A DNA stretch of 64,000 nucleotides from Hypanus sabinus (Eukaryota): the NCBI RefSeq assembly GCF_030144855.1, contig NC_082723.1, forward strand, positions 57,288,001 to 57,352,000, in the 5' to 3' direction. The translations under genes and the position numbers were made by a program. Below the pieces are notes generated by a model. It saw only the letters and a list, made by a program, of their open reading frames with translations, did no database searches and was not told where the DNA came from. Each line of letters begins with the position of its first letter. Within the stretch, counting starts at the first letter, position 1. This document shows, in pieces, positions 1-13,144 of the stretch.

Positions 1-428
1 ACTGACCGGCTCCTTTGTTTTTCTGACACTGACAGAAATGCTGTTATCTTGACACCATGCCACCACGCCACCACGCACCTGTACTCCATATTTGCTTGAG
101 ATCCACACCTCAACAGTGATAACCTTTCCTAATTACTTGGTGTAATTGTTATGTTAAAGTTCAGTATTTTGTACATAAGACACTCAGGTCTACCTGAAAA
201 TCAAGACCGTTCAACCTCTCACCATTTAAACAAAATACAGACTCCACCCCATTAAAGTGGAGTTGATCACATTTATTTTACATTACGCTCCATCACCCAT
301 GTCCTTGCCCATTCATTTAACTGTACCATATTCACTAAAGCTTTTGTATTTTCCTCCCAGTCCACATCACCACTCCAGCTTTGAATCATCAGAAAAACTG
401 GATATATTACATTTGCTTTCCTCTTCTA

Positions 429-1860
429 CAGCAGTGCTAGGAAGCTTGTGAACCCTGTAGAATTTTCTTTATTTTGCATTTGACCCAAAACATGATTAGA
501 TCTTCATGCAAGTCCTAAAACTAGATAAAGAGAACCCAATTAAATAAATAACACAAAAATCGTTATATTTGTTCATTTATTTGTTGAGGAAAAATGATCC
601 AATATTATATGTATTTATTGAAAAAAGTATGTGAATCTCTGGGGTAATGCCTTCTACAAAAGCTATTTGGAGTCAGATGTTCCAGTCAATAAGCTGAGAT
701 TAGAGGTGTAAGTTGTAGAGATACACCAAGCTGAAAAAGGCTACAAAGGATTTATAAAGACCCAAGTGTACATCAGTAAGAGAAATTGTCTGGAGGTGGA
801 AGAAATTAAGTATTGTTACTACACTCCCTAGGAGTGGGCATCCTGCAAAGATCACACCAAGAGCACAACGTGCAATGCTGAAGGAGGTAACGAAGAACCC
901 AAGGGCAACAGCAAAAGACCTGCAGAAATCTCTAGAACTCGTTAAAGTCTCTGTTCATGTGTTCACTGTAACAAAAACACTGAAGAATAGCGTTCATGAA
1001 AGGACACCACTGCTTTCCAAAATAAATATTGCTGCACATCTCAAGTTTGCAAAAGTCCACCTGGATATTCTACAACACTTCTGGGATCTGTCTGTGGACA
1101 GATGAGAGAAAAAATTTTTGGCAGAAATGCACATTGTTACATTTGGAGGAAAGAGGGCACTGCACACCAACACCAAAACCTCATCCCAACTGTGAAGGAC
1201 GGTGGAAAGAGCATCATGTTTGAGGCTGCTTTGCTGCCTCAGGGCCTGGGCAGCTTACAATCGTTGAGGGAACAATGAATTCAAAACTGTACCAAGACAT
1301 TTTAGAAGAGAATGTCAGGGTTGCAGTCTGTCACTTGAAGCTTAATAGAAGTTGGATAATGCAAGAAGATAATGATCCAAAAGACAAGAGTAAATCAATA
1401 ACAGAATGGTTTAAAAAGAAGAAAATTTGAGTTTTGGAATTGCCACGTCAAAGTCCTGACCTAAATCTTATCGAAATGTTGTGGAAGGACCTGAAGCAAG
1501 CAGTTCATGCAAGGAAGCCCATCAACATCCCAAGCTGAAGCAGTTTTGTAAGGAAGAATGGCATAAACTTCCTCCAAGCTGATGTGCAGGACTGATCAAC
1601 AGTTACCGGAAACATTTGGTTGAAGTTATTGCTGTACAAGGGGGTCACACCGGTTACTGAAAGCAAAGGTTCACATACTTTTTCCAACAAATACACGTAA
1701 TATTGGATCATTTCTCTCAATAAATAAATGAACAAGCATAATATTTTTGTGTTATTTAGTTAATTGGGTTCTCTTCATCTAGTTTAAGGACTTGCTTGAA
1801 GATTTGATCACATATTTATAAAGAAATTCCACAGGGTTCACAAACTTTCTAGCACCACTG
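429..1860 (+). mobile_element. Tc1-family DNA transposon (long-TIR, IR/DR type, DD34E), decayed
   Basis: Left end CAGCAGTGCTAGGAAGCTTGTGAACCCTG after TA matches the reverse complement of right end CAGGGTTCACAAACTTTCTAGCACCACTG; TIR similarity runs about 200 bp. Transposase fragments include EVTKNPRATAKDLQ, WTDE and DNDPK..SPDLNLIE, with D-to-E spacing 34, stops and frameshifts. Confidence 0.93.
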
Positions 1861-2284
1861 ATTATCACTGCTTTGCTAGTGAACAGCTGGGGCTCAACAC
1901 TCATCTCTACAGCACCAAACAAGGAAAAGGCGCTCTTTTATTTTCTCCCTTATCTACACATGAGTATATTACTCATAATACCAAGCATTTAAATGTTGTT
2001 TAATAATCCCATGCGATAACTTATTGAAGAAATGTTGATAGCTGAAATACACAAGGACAACTCCCATTTACTAGAACCAATCATCCATTCTCTGGGCCCT
2101 TTGGAACAAAATTACCCATGCCATTCTCCTTTCTCCAAACAGGAAACACAGTTTATCAGCATTCACCCCTGTTATCCAATTAAGCTGTGAACTTTGCCTG
2201 TGGTTATTGTTCCACAAAATTGGCTTCTGCCTTTTCCATCAGCCACTCCCTTGTACTTGTGTCATTTATAGATCTTCTTACTAA

Positions 2285-2770
2285 AGATTTAAACATTCAG
2301 AGTACATTATCAAAGCATGCAGACAGAATACAACTGAGATTTGTCCTCCCACAGGCAGCAACAAAACAAAGAAACACCATAGGACATGCTCAAAAAAATA
2401 GCAAACACCCAGCAGGCGAATAAAAACGAACAAATTGCACAAATGGCAAAAAGTAAGTGAACAACACAGATATCAAACCAGTAGTATTCAGTTTAGTTCA
2501 GTTCAGCATGGCGCCACTGGTCAATGCAGGCCACAAGGCCATTCTTTGATGAAACGGCCCAATCCAAATCAATCACTCCTATCAAACTGCCCAAAAACAT
2601 CAGAAAAAAGAGTAATCAGAATCCAGGAACACATGCAATATGAATCACAAAGTTCCCCAAAATGAGTCCACAGCCTTGCTGATCAATCTTGGCAATGTGG
2701 ATCCCAAGACTCCTACATTTTCCTCAGATAGCAGCTGGTAAAAGGGAGAGAAAGACCTCTCCGGTCTCCA
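2285..2770 (-). repeat. Non-coding non-LTR (SINE/LINE 3' end) repeat, related to 30945-31830
   Basis: Shares 'agtacatt..tcaaag..atgcaga..ctgagatt..cccacag.cagc.ac.aaacaaagaaac' with 30955-31040. Confidence 0.5.
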
Positions 2771-3589
2771 CGGTCCATATTAAAATATTAAAAACTTTCA
2801 AAAGGAAATACAGAAAACTTCTCTTGGGTGGGAAAAGAACAAGGATACAGCTTTAAAGTGTGTTTGAAGGAAAATAAACAGCAACATTTTTTTCGGAGAG
2901 GTTGTAATATAGATCTACCAATCTTGCTCTGGTAGTTTTCAACAGAGCAGACAGTCTGATACACAAATGACAAGTTAGGAACTGCTTACTGCTCCAAAGT
3001 AACTCGGTCTCTCAAGTCTTTTCCAGCATTCTGATTGGATAATTGCTGATCCTAGCTCTGCATTCCCACCTTTCCCTAGTAATTTTTCAATGCCCCTCTC
3101 CTCATCAGGAACTTTTTTTAAAAGGAGAATATCAGGAATATGGTAGCAAAATGTGAAAAATATAATTCAGATTACAACCAAGAGGATCACTTTCATAATC
3201 ACAACACTAATTATTTTGGTCACTTTGTAGTAAAATAGACTTTTGTTTTAAGAAGTTCCTTCCTAAAATTTCTTATAATGTGTTAGTTTTTCATACAAAT
3301 GCTGCTTATATAAAGCCTATATAAGCTTATGTGCCCATAAATTTGTCATTACATACACTTACTTGTGCATATGGCAACAAACCCAACTTTGACTTTCATA
3401 TCCAATTGATACCCTATTGGGATAAAATAGACCAGATAGTAAAAAAAAGCTCCTAGCACATTGATTAATCTTTGTTATCTCTCACTGGGCCAGAGTACTT
3501 CGGTATAAAGCTATTTCCAGAAGGTGCAAGAACAAACTTGATTGGACTCTACATATAAAATATTATTTATTTCCTCAAAATTAATCATT

Positions 3590-4160
3590 TGGCCCTCAGC
3601 CCTCCATACCTCTCCCATTCATGAACTAGGTGGCTTTTAAATGTTGCTAATGTTTCTATCTCAGCCACTTTTACTGGCAGCTCATCCTACGAGCATAAAG
3701 AAGCTACCCCAATATCTCTTTTAAATCAATCCTAAATCGATGTTGTCCCCTCTTGCTTTTCACAACTCCTCCCTGGGAAAAATGCTATGGGATTTCATAC
3801 TGTCTATGCCCCTCATGACCTTACATACTCCTATCAGGTCACCCCTCAATGTGCTGTGTTCCAGGAAATAAAGTCCTAGTTTACTCAATATAACTCAGCC
3901 CCCCCAACCCCCACCCAAGTCTAGGCAACATCCTGGTAAATCTTTTCTCATTCTTTCTAGTTTAATAACGTATTTCCTGTGACAGGAATACAATACTGCA
4001 AGTGAGGCCTCACCAATGTCTTATATAGCAGCAACAATGTCCCAGCTCCTATAGTCAATACGTCAACTGCTGAAGGCCAGCTTGCCAAACACCTTCTTCA
4101 CCACCCTATCTACCTGAGATACATCTTCAGTAAACAATGCACTTGAACTCCCCCTATCTG
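3590..4160 (-). mobile_element. CR1-clade LINE 3' fragment
   Basis: Minus-strand QVDRVVKKVFGKLAF motif plus the downstream CR1 RT C-terminal/3'UTR pattern. Confidence 0.75.
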
Positions 4161-4752
4161 CAAACATGACCACAGTTAAAAAATAAACAATGCATGTATA
4201 TTCTACAAAAATATTGAATAAAATCAGATGAATCAGTATCAACCACACTGATAGAGTGGATAAATTTTTACCACATCCTATGTTTTCCGGGAGTGAACAT
4301 CACCAACAGCTTGTCCTGATCTAAGCATGTTAATGAAACAGCCAGGAAAGATCACCAATGCCTCTACATCCTCAGGAGGTAAAAGAAATTTGGCATGTCC
4401 CCATCAACTCTTACCAATTATTTTATTGATGCACCATAGAAAGCATTGACTCTGGTTGCCATTCTGTTCATTTGGCAACTGCCCTGTACTTGACTACACG
4501 AAATGGCAGTGAGCTGTGGATGCCTCCCCTTTATAGATTCTGTCCATACTTCCTGCTGCCTCAGAAAAACAGTCAATGCAATCAAAGATCCCATTTACCC
4601 CTCCCATCAGGCAGCAGATACAAAAGCCTAAAAGGTCAGCTTCTAACCTACTGTTACCAAACTCCTGAATAGACATCTTGTACAATAAGGTAGACTCTTG
4701 ATCTCACAATTTATCTCAGTATGATCTTGCACTTTATTGTTTACCTTCATTC

Positions 4753-6380
4753 TTGTCCTTATACACCTCCATCCCACATCAAGAAGGCCTCAAAACCCTC
4801 AGCTACTTTTTGGATAACAGACCCCACCAGTTCCCCAGCACCACCACACTTCTCCAGTTGGCGGAACTTGTTCGAACTCTCAATAACTTCTCCTTTGGTT
4901 CTTCCCACTTTCTCCAGATCAAGGGTGTAGCCATGGGCACTCGCATGGGTCCCAGCTATGCCTGCCTCTTTGTGGGTTATGTGGAATAGTCTATGCTCCA
5001 AATCTATACTGGCACCACTCCCCAACTTTTCCTCTGCTACATCGACAACTACATTGGTACTGCTTCCTGCACCCCTGCTGAGTTCAATTTCATCAACTTT
5101 TCTTCTAACTTTCACCCAGCCCTTAAATTCACTTGGTCCATCTCGGACACTTGTCTCCCCTTTCTTGATCTCTCGGTCTCCACCTCCGGAGACAGACTAT
5201 CCACTGACATCTTCTACAAACCCACTGACTCCCATAACTATCTTGACTAAACCTCTTCCCACCCTGCCCAATGTAAAAATGCCATTCCCCATTCCCAGTT
5301 CCTCAGTCTCCGCCGCATCTGCTCCCAGGATGAGGCTTTCCATTCCAGGACTTCTCAAATGTCCTCTTTCTTCCAGGATCGTGGTTTCCCTTCTAGCGTC
5401 ATCAAAGATGCCCTCACCCGCATCTCCTCCACCTCCGGCACTTCAGCCCTTAACCCATCTTCCCGTCACCACAACAGGGACAGGGTTCCCCTTGTCCTCA
5501 CCTACCACCCCACCAGCCTCCGGATCCAACACATTATCCTCCGCAACTTCCGCCACCTTCAACAGGACCCCACCACCCAGCACATCTTTCCCTCCCTACC
5601 CCTCTCAGCTTTTCGCAGGGATCATTCCCTCCACGACTACCTGGTCCACACAGAACTTCCACCCGGCACTTATCCCTGTAAGCGCAAATGCTACACCTGT
5701 CCCCACACCTCCCCCCTTACCACCATTCCGGGCCCCAGACAGTCCTTCCAGGTAAGGCAACACTTCACCTGTGAGTCTGCTGGAGTTGTCTATTGCATCC
5801 AGTGCTCCCGGTGTGGACTCCTCTACATCGGCGAGACCCGACGCAGACTGGGGGACCGCTTCATCGAGCACCTCCGCTCCGTCCGTCACAATAGACAGGA
5901 CCTCCCGGTTGCCACCACTTCAACTCTGCCTCTCATTCCCATCTGCCATGATGAGGCCAAACTCAGGTTGGAGGAGCAACACCTCATCTACTGTCCGGGT
6001 AGGTAGCCTCCAGCCTGGTGGTATGAACATTGAATTCTCCAATTTCCGGTAATTCCCTCCCCCTCCCCTAGGTCCCTCTCTGCCCCTCTCCCCTTTCAAC
6101 TTTCTGCTCCTTTATCTCTACAGTTCTTTCATGCTTATCCCCTCCCCCCTTTATCCTTCCTCTGATTGGTTCTCCACCTGGCGCCTCTAGCCCTTCCCCC
6201 TCCCCTATCTCTATGACTGGGCTTCGGCCCTCTCTTCCCCCTTCCCCCCATTCCAGATGAAGGGTCTCAGCCCGAAACATTGGCTACTCTTTTCTCCCAG
6301 ATGCTGCCTGACCTGCTGAGTTCTTCCAGCGTTGTGTACATATTCTTTGATCCAAAGCACCTGCAGTTGTATTTTTGTGT
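4753..6380 (+). mobile_element. Penelope-like retroelement (RT + GIY-YIG endonuclease), 5'-truncated, probably Neptune-type
   Basis: RT motifs SLYTSIPH, QIKGVAMGTRMGPSYACLF, YIDN, PFLD and FYKPTDSH; Cys linker CKRKCYTC; GIY-YIG VVYCIQCSRCGLLYIGETRRRLGDRFIEH. Followed by a pyrimidine-rich tract and the terminal repeat. Only a few stops/frameshifts. Confidence 0.93.
6250..6285 (+). ncRNA. Degenerate minimal hammerhead-ribozyme motif in the Penelope terminal repeat
   Basis: CAGATGA-A-GGGT-CTCA-GCCC-GAAA-CATT compared with core CUGANGA-stemII-GAAA..UH. The core is mutated. Confidence 0.55.
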
Positions 6381-8569
6381 TTCTTGTTTCGCTGTAGCTT
6401 TTGTGTTTTATCCTGCATGATTGTTTTACCTGGTTCTACAGCAACACACTGTATCATAATTTAAAGTTTAAAGATTAGCTTTATTTGTTATGTGTACATC
6501 GAAACATACAGTGAAATGCATTGTTTGCATCACAACCACAGTCCACGAGTGTTGCCATGTACCTGGTGCCAACATAGCATATCCACAACCTACTCAACCC
6601 TAACCTATAACTTCTTCGGAAAATTATCTGTATGAACAGAAGGCAAGATAAGTTTTTCACTGTACATGTGACAATAATAAAGCAACACCAATAATGTGGC
6701 CACTCACCTTTCTTTCATTTACTCAGCTCGACATAGGCACAGCACAGAAGCATCAATGGACTGCACAAGAGAGCAACTCCATTCACTCCTCTGAACAACT
6801 CATTGATATTTACCTATGCTTGACAATAGCAACACCACTTTAGTCACTGTCATTCATCAAGTCTATGGTTCGGTATAAGCACATCTTAAACCTGATCAAT
6901 CTGCTCTTTGCAAAGCCTTCTTTCAATCCAGCAAAGCTCATCGTACCCCTGACAGAGCAATGGACTGCTTTGGTGCAAGTCTACTCACCACTGTAGAAAA
7001 TACCTGGCTAAAAGTCAAACGCCTCAGTGATCTTCTAGTGCATCACCACAAGACTCCCACAACTATATAAATAAGACTGCTACAAGACCTTTTGGAAGAT
7101 TTGTCATTGCTGTTGAGACAGAACACAAGAGCACTCACTCTCAATGAGACAAAACTTTGATATCTGATATTCTTTAAGTTTCTGGACTTCAAGCTTGCTT
7201 TTCACTAAAGACGGCTGTACATACTTAGGGGGTACATACTTGGGGGGGTATAGTGAGTTATGCAGAATGCAGCCGCAAGTTACAAATTGAGCACCTTCTG
7301 CAGATGGAACCTGATACAACAAAATGAGAAATTATCCAAAAGACAAATCAGAACAACTTCATGGTGAGATATTGTGAAGTTTAACTGAGAAAAGATAAGT
7401 GGACATATATTAAAACTAAAGCATAACATTGCTGGCCTATATTCAAGTGAACGTGAGCTGCAAGCTAACAGGAACAGTCATTCTCTGAAGAATTGTATGC
7501 TGGTTTTGCCACCAACTGTGGAAAATAAATGTCATGACTTTGTAGAGTGTGACCTTCACGATCACTGGAACAACACTGGAACAAATTTAGCTTATATATC
7601 CCTAAAAAGATTTGCCTTCTCTTCAATTTAGGTATTTAATATGATAAAATAGGGTAGATCCAGGGAGACTGCTTCTCTGGTGCAGGACAGCAGAGCTTAA
7701 GGATTGAGGGGCAGACCAGCTGAAATCCACCCAGTACCTGGACTTGGCCAACCATCCACATTCACTTTTTCTGAACATACAAGGCAGAAAAAAAGATGAC
7801 CCAATCAGCCTGCAGTTCTCCAAGTGACAAGTAGGCCTGGAGCAACGTGCACTGAGATTACATCTCTGGTTTTCCTCGTGACCTTTGAGGGCCTACCACT
7901 AACAAAGGCTTCAATACAGTAACACAATCATTCAAACAGATTTGCATATATTAAATATTAAGGAAGTAAATAACAGATTAATACTTTGCATAATCTAAGG
8001 CACTGATTATTTGACAGTAGACCTGATCAATTAATTAGTTAACCGAGAAGACGGATAAAAACTTGATAAGGGCTATGTTCAAATGCTTTAGATGTCCTCC
8101 CTTCACAGCCTTCTTCAGCTCATGTCTTTCCACCCAATTATTAAAACTGCAACTATAACCCTCCACGTCAGTCAACATAATCAGTAACTAAATGACTTTA
8201 CTGAACAGCTAAGCTATAAATTAATAAACTATGGGGCAAGAACATGGGCATTACTCCCCATCCTTATCATATCTTTTGGATCACCTTTGAGATTTGTTCA
8301 GAAAATCACATGGCTAGGATAAAGTTCCTTCGTGAGGTCTCCTTTAACAGAAGGGATCAACAGAACAGGGCCTAATACTAAACAATATCTTCAGGAAATA
8401 TCAAGCATTTGAACTAGAACAAAGACACTTTTATTAACCAATAAACAATGTGGAAACTAACACTGATTCGCACTGCACTCAGTATTTCTGTACACTTTAT
8501 AAACTAACTACAACTCCATTTATCAAAATTATGAACAATTATCTCCTATATCATACATTAGGAAGAGAG

Positions 8570-8832
8570 GGTGGGTAGCTTTACAGTACAGGTGACCCGG
8601 GTATAATTCCTGCCCCTGCCTGTAAGGATTTTGCATGATCTCCCTAGACTGTGTGGGTTTCCTCAGGAGCTCCGGTTTCATCACACGGTCCAAAAGTTGT
8701 ACCAGTTGGCAAGTTAATTGGTCATTGTCAATTGTCCGGAGATTAGGCTAGGGTTAAATTGGGGAGACTGCTGGGCAGCACGGCTCAAAGTGCCAGAAAG
8801 ACCTATTCCTTGCTGTACCTCAATAAATAAAG
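8570..8832 (+). mobile_element. V-SINE (HE1-like) copy
   Basis: tRNA-like head 'gacccgggtataattcc' and V-domain 'gtgggtttcctcaggagctccggtttc'; ends caataaataaa. Confidence 0.75.
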
Positions 8833-9155
8833 TTTTTGGTACATTTAGTTCAAATGTATTTGGTCCATATTACATGGACAGCTGGGCATTCCTTCTGCCA
8901 GATCACTGCTCTGCTTCAAAAAGTGATAATGGTAGAGATCACAGAATGTCAAGAACCTGCAGTATTACTCTACTGCCTAAACTTGGCTTTCTCTAAAAAA
9001 AACTGAAGCCAACATCTAGCCAGGTTTTAACAACTAGGTGCATGTGCATTCAGCATCTCTACTGTTGAATACTTCTCAGGGCCAAACAAATTCCATATGA
9101 ATACTTTGAATTGTTCTCATTAACAGCAGTCAACTTCCCAGTCAAGAGTAAAATA

Positions 9156-10038
9156 CAGTCGGCCCTCCTTATTCGCGGATTCTGTATGCGTGAATTCAAC
9201 CAAACGCAAATCGCAAAAATCGGAAGTGCTCTTCCAGCNNNNNNNNNNNNNNNNNNNNNNNNNNNNNNNNNNNNNNNNNNNNNNNNNNNNNNNNNNNNNN
9301 NNNNNNNNNNNNNNNNNNNNNNNNNNNNNNNNNNNNNNNNNNNNNNNNNNNNNNNNNNNNNNNNNNNNNNNNNNNNNNNNNNNNNNNNNNNNNNNNNNNN
9401 NNNGATCGAAAAAAATCGCAAGTTCTCTTACTAAGTAAGTCGGAACAGGTACATCTGGTATTATTTAGCATCAGTTAGTCATACTTTTGTCTTAGTATAT
9501 AGTATATATTTTACCCTTCTATGCATATAAAACACTTAACAACATGTGTTTCAGCGCCGGGCTTGGGAACAGAAGTTTTAGGGACAGACTGCTCCAGAGT
9601 GCGCTCTCCACCGTGCCGGGTTGATGTGGAGGATCAAAAACCCAAAACCCAATAATTAAACCACTGTGTTGCTCAGTAATAATTGTAGCTTTCATCAGGG
9701 CAGAGCCTTTCTCACTTTATCCTTTAAAATTGTTCCGATCGTTGACCAATGTAGCCTAACACTTTTCCAATGACCGATGGCGTTTCACCTCTTTCCGATC
9801 ACTTTATTATTTCCACTTTATTTTCAATTGCGATCGTGATTATTTTTGTGAACAGTAACACTGCGCATTCAGAGCTCTGGTGCCGGGTCCTAATGTCCAC
9901 TGCTCTGAGACAGGTTAAATAAGGTCTGGGGTTCTGCTGGGTCCAAAGGTCCAGCACACTGAGACAGGTTGAATAAGGGACTCGAGCATCCGCGAGGGGT
10001 TCCGGAATCAATCCTCTGCAGATAAGGAAGGTGGACTG
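9156..10038. mobile_element. Tigger/pogo-like non-autonomous DNA transposon
   Basis: TA|CAGTCGGCCCTCCTTATTCGCGG ... TGCAGATAAGGAAGGTGGACTG|TA gives imperfect TIRs with a TA TSD. The right end resembles MER2/MER8-type termini. Confidence 0.8.
9239..9403. other. Assembly gap (165 N)
   Basis: Run of N. Confidence 1.
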
Positions 10039-11299
10039 TACTTCACTTTTACTTCCATTTCCACACCGTGAGCAAGGCCCAATGCAAACTAGAGAAATAC
10101 CTTACGCCTGGGTCGTCTATAACCAAATGTTATGAGTACTGAGTTCTCCTTTTTCAAATAGCCATTAACTGCCATGTTCTTCACTCCCTTAATCCACTAC
10201 CAATCCTCCTGTCTGTCCACTTTCGCATCAGCTCACCACACCACCCCCTCACCAGCCCTATCAGCATTTTCATCCCCTCCCACTCCGGGTTTCATCTGCC
10301 TTCCGCTCAGTGAATCCCTCCATCTCCATTACTTAATAGATTGAAACAAGGGCATGATTGAAAAGTTTTCTGATTACGTCAAAGAACTGATACAGAAGCA
10401 AAAAGCTCTAAGTTGTGGCTGATATCAATGGAATGATTAGCTGAGCAGAGGAGTGGAAAATGGAATTCAAAATAATGTGCTGTATCTGAGAAGAGGAACC
10501 AAGTGAGTGAATCAAATTGGTTATTGGTTAGTGCAGGGATCCCTAGTCCAGAGTTTCCTAGTTGTACATATTTATCTTGTACTGTCTAGGATCTAAAAAA
10601 TCCATTTAATTCAGGGTTTTAAATATCAAAATTAATACATTGGGTAAAATCAGACCGTTTTCACTGGAGGAAGAAATGAAAAGTTAAAGACCTGGGGCCA
10701 AAACTCAAGTTACAACAGACCACTGGCTGGATGCCACAAATACACTCATATCTTTTTTTGTACACAAAAAGCTAAACAAACTAATTTCCTGCATTTCAGA
10801 CACATCCCACACACTGAGGAGCAGCTCCCAAGTCGCCAAAAGATTTCGGGTGATGAGATCCTAAGGTGCCCCTGCAGCCTTTCATGGTTTGACTCAAAAA
10901 AGACTTTTGGTGCTTGATAGAAACTCAATTAAATAGATTAAATGATTTCAGCATCAGAATCAGATTTATTATCACACTTAACATGACATGAGATTAAACA
11001 ACGGCGGCTGCACAAAGGTTACAGAATTAAAATGGGAACATATTAGAAAACAGTAATAGGTTATAATAAAGCCACGTAGAGTAAATATTCTCCCATTCTC
11101 ACTGCAGCCAGCTTTGTGTAAAGGTCAGCGGCTGGATGTGAAGTGTTTACAGACTCTCCCGAACTTGAGTGTTATTTAGTTGAGCCCAGTGCCATGACCA
11201 GCAGCAGAGGAAGATGTGATGAGCTGGCATCTGGCCTGAAGGTAATTTGGACTACTGTGTTAAGCCTAAAGCAGATGGAAAAACTTGATGAGCTAAGGC

Positions 11300-13143
11300 C
11301 TGAACAGTAACAGACAGCAGTTCCCCAAGGAAACATCCCAAAGAGGAAGAAGCATTCGAAAGGCAAGATGACACAACTATGGCTAGCAAGAGAAGACAAA
11401 GCCAACGTAAAAGCCAAAGAGAGGGCATATAATAGAGCAAAAATAAGTGGGAAGTTAGAGAATTAGGAAGCTTTCAAATACCAACAGAAGGCTACTAAAA
11501 TAGTTATTAAGGTAAAGGTGAAATACAAAACGAAGTTAGCCAATATATTAAAGGGGATACCAGATTTCTTCAGATACATAAAGTATAAAAGAGAGGAGAG
11601 AGTGGATATTGCACCGCTGGAAAATGATGCTGGAGAGGTAGCAATCAAGGACATGGAAATGGTGGATGAACTGAATATGTATTTTGCATCAGTCTTCACT
11701 GTGGGAGACACTAGCAGTATGACATAAGTTCCAGGTGTCAGGGGCATGAAGTTACCAGTACCTGACAGAAGGGCCTTAGGAAACTGGAAGGTCTGAAGGT
11801 AGATAAGTCAGCTGAAGGTGCTCACCCCAGAGTTCTGAAAGACATGCTGTAGCGATCGTGGAGACATTAGAAATGATTTTTCAAGAATCACTAGTTTCTG
11901 GAATGGATCCAGAAGACTGGAAAATTGTAAATGTCACACAACTCTCCAAGGAGGGAGAGAGGCAGAAGAAAGGATACTACAGGCCAGTTAGTCTGACCAC
12001 AGTGATTGGGAAGATGTTGGGAGTTTATTGTTAAGGATGTGGTTTCAGGCTACTTGGAGGCACATGACAAAATAGACCTTAGTCTGCATGGTTTCCTCAA
12101 GAGAAAATCTTACCTGACAAATCTGCTAGAATATTTTGAAGAAATAACAAGCAAGTTGAACAAAGGAGAATCTGTTGATGTTATGTACTCTGGATTTTCA
12201 GAAGGCCTTGACAAGGTGCCACACATGTCAAAGCTATGAGCCTGTGGTATTACAGTAAGGATTCTTGCATGGCTAAAACAGTGGCTGATTGGCAGGAGGA
12301 AAAGAGTCAGAACAAAGGAAACCTTTTCTGGTTGGCTGCCAGTGACTAATGGTGTTCCATGGGGGTCTGGGTTGGGACACGTTCTTTTTACATTATATGT
12401 CAATGATTTGGATGATGGTATTGATGGCTTTGTCGCAAAGTTTGCAGACAGTATGAAGATAGGTGGAGGGGTAGGTAGTCTTGAGGAAGCAGACAGGGTA
12501 CAGAAGGATTTAGACACATTAGAATGAGAAAGAAGTGGCAAATGGAATACTGTCAGGAAGTGTATGGTCACGCACATCGGTAGAAGAAATGAAAGGATTG
12601 ACTATATTCTGAATGGAGAGAAAATACAAAAAACTGAGGTGCAAAGGGACTTTTGAGTGTTTGCGCAGGATTCCCTAAAAGTTAATTTGCAAGTTCAGTC
12701 CATGTTGATGATGGCAAATGTGATGATAGCATTCATTTCAAGAGAACTAAAATATAAAAGCAGGGATATAATACTGAGACTTTATAAAGTACTGGTGAGA
12801 CCTCACTTGGAGTTTGAATGGCTTTTCATCTCAAGAGCGTTTGATGGCTCTGGGTCTGTATTCACTGGAATTCAGAGGAATTAGGGGTGACCTCATTAAC
12901 AAATGATAAAAGGCCTTGATAAAGTCGATGTGGAGAGGATGTTTCCTATGGTGGGAGAGTGTAAGACCAGAGGACACAGCCTCAGAATAGGGGCATCCTT
13001 TTAGAACAGAAAAGAGGAGGAATTTCTTTAACTAGAGGGTGGTGAACCTGTGAAATTCTTTGCCAAGTCTGTATGTATATTTCAGGTGGAGGTTGATAAA
13101 TTCTTGATTGGTCAGGGCATGAAAGGATACAGGGAGAAGGCTA
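11300..13143 (+). mobile_element. CR1-clade LINE ORF2 fragment
   Basis: Fragments such as ELNMYFASVFT, HGFLKRKSYLTNLLEYFEE and GVPWGSGLG..YVNDLD..KFAD; multiple stops. Confidence 0.9.
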
Positions 13144-13144
13144 C

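Larger units (their letters stand above)
4225..6692 (+). mobile_element. Rex1/Babar-like LINE 3' fragment interrupted by a Penelope element and a small repeat
   Basis: LPLPSGSRYKSLK-type C-terminus. The 3'UTR breaks at about 4752, resumes at about 6380 and again at about 6623, and ends gacaataataaa. Confidence 0.65.

Noticed and set aside
4958-5755. 265-aa Pro/Ser-rich ORF
   Set aside because: Alternative frame of the C-rich Penelope ORF.
9059-9471. ORFs spanning the N run
   Set aside because: Artefacts of the assembly gap.
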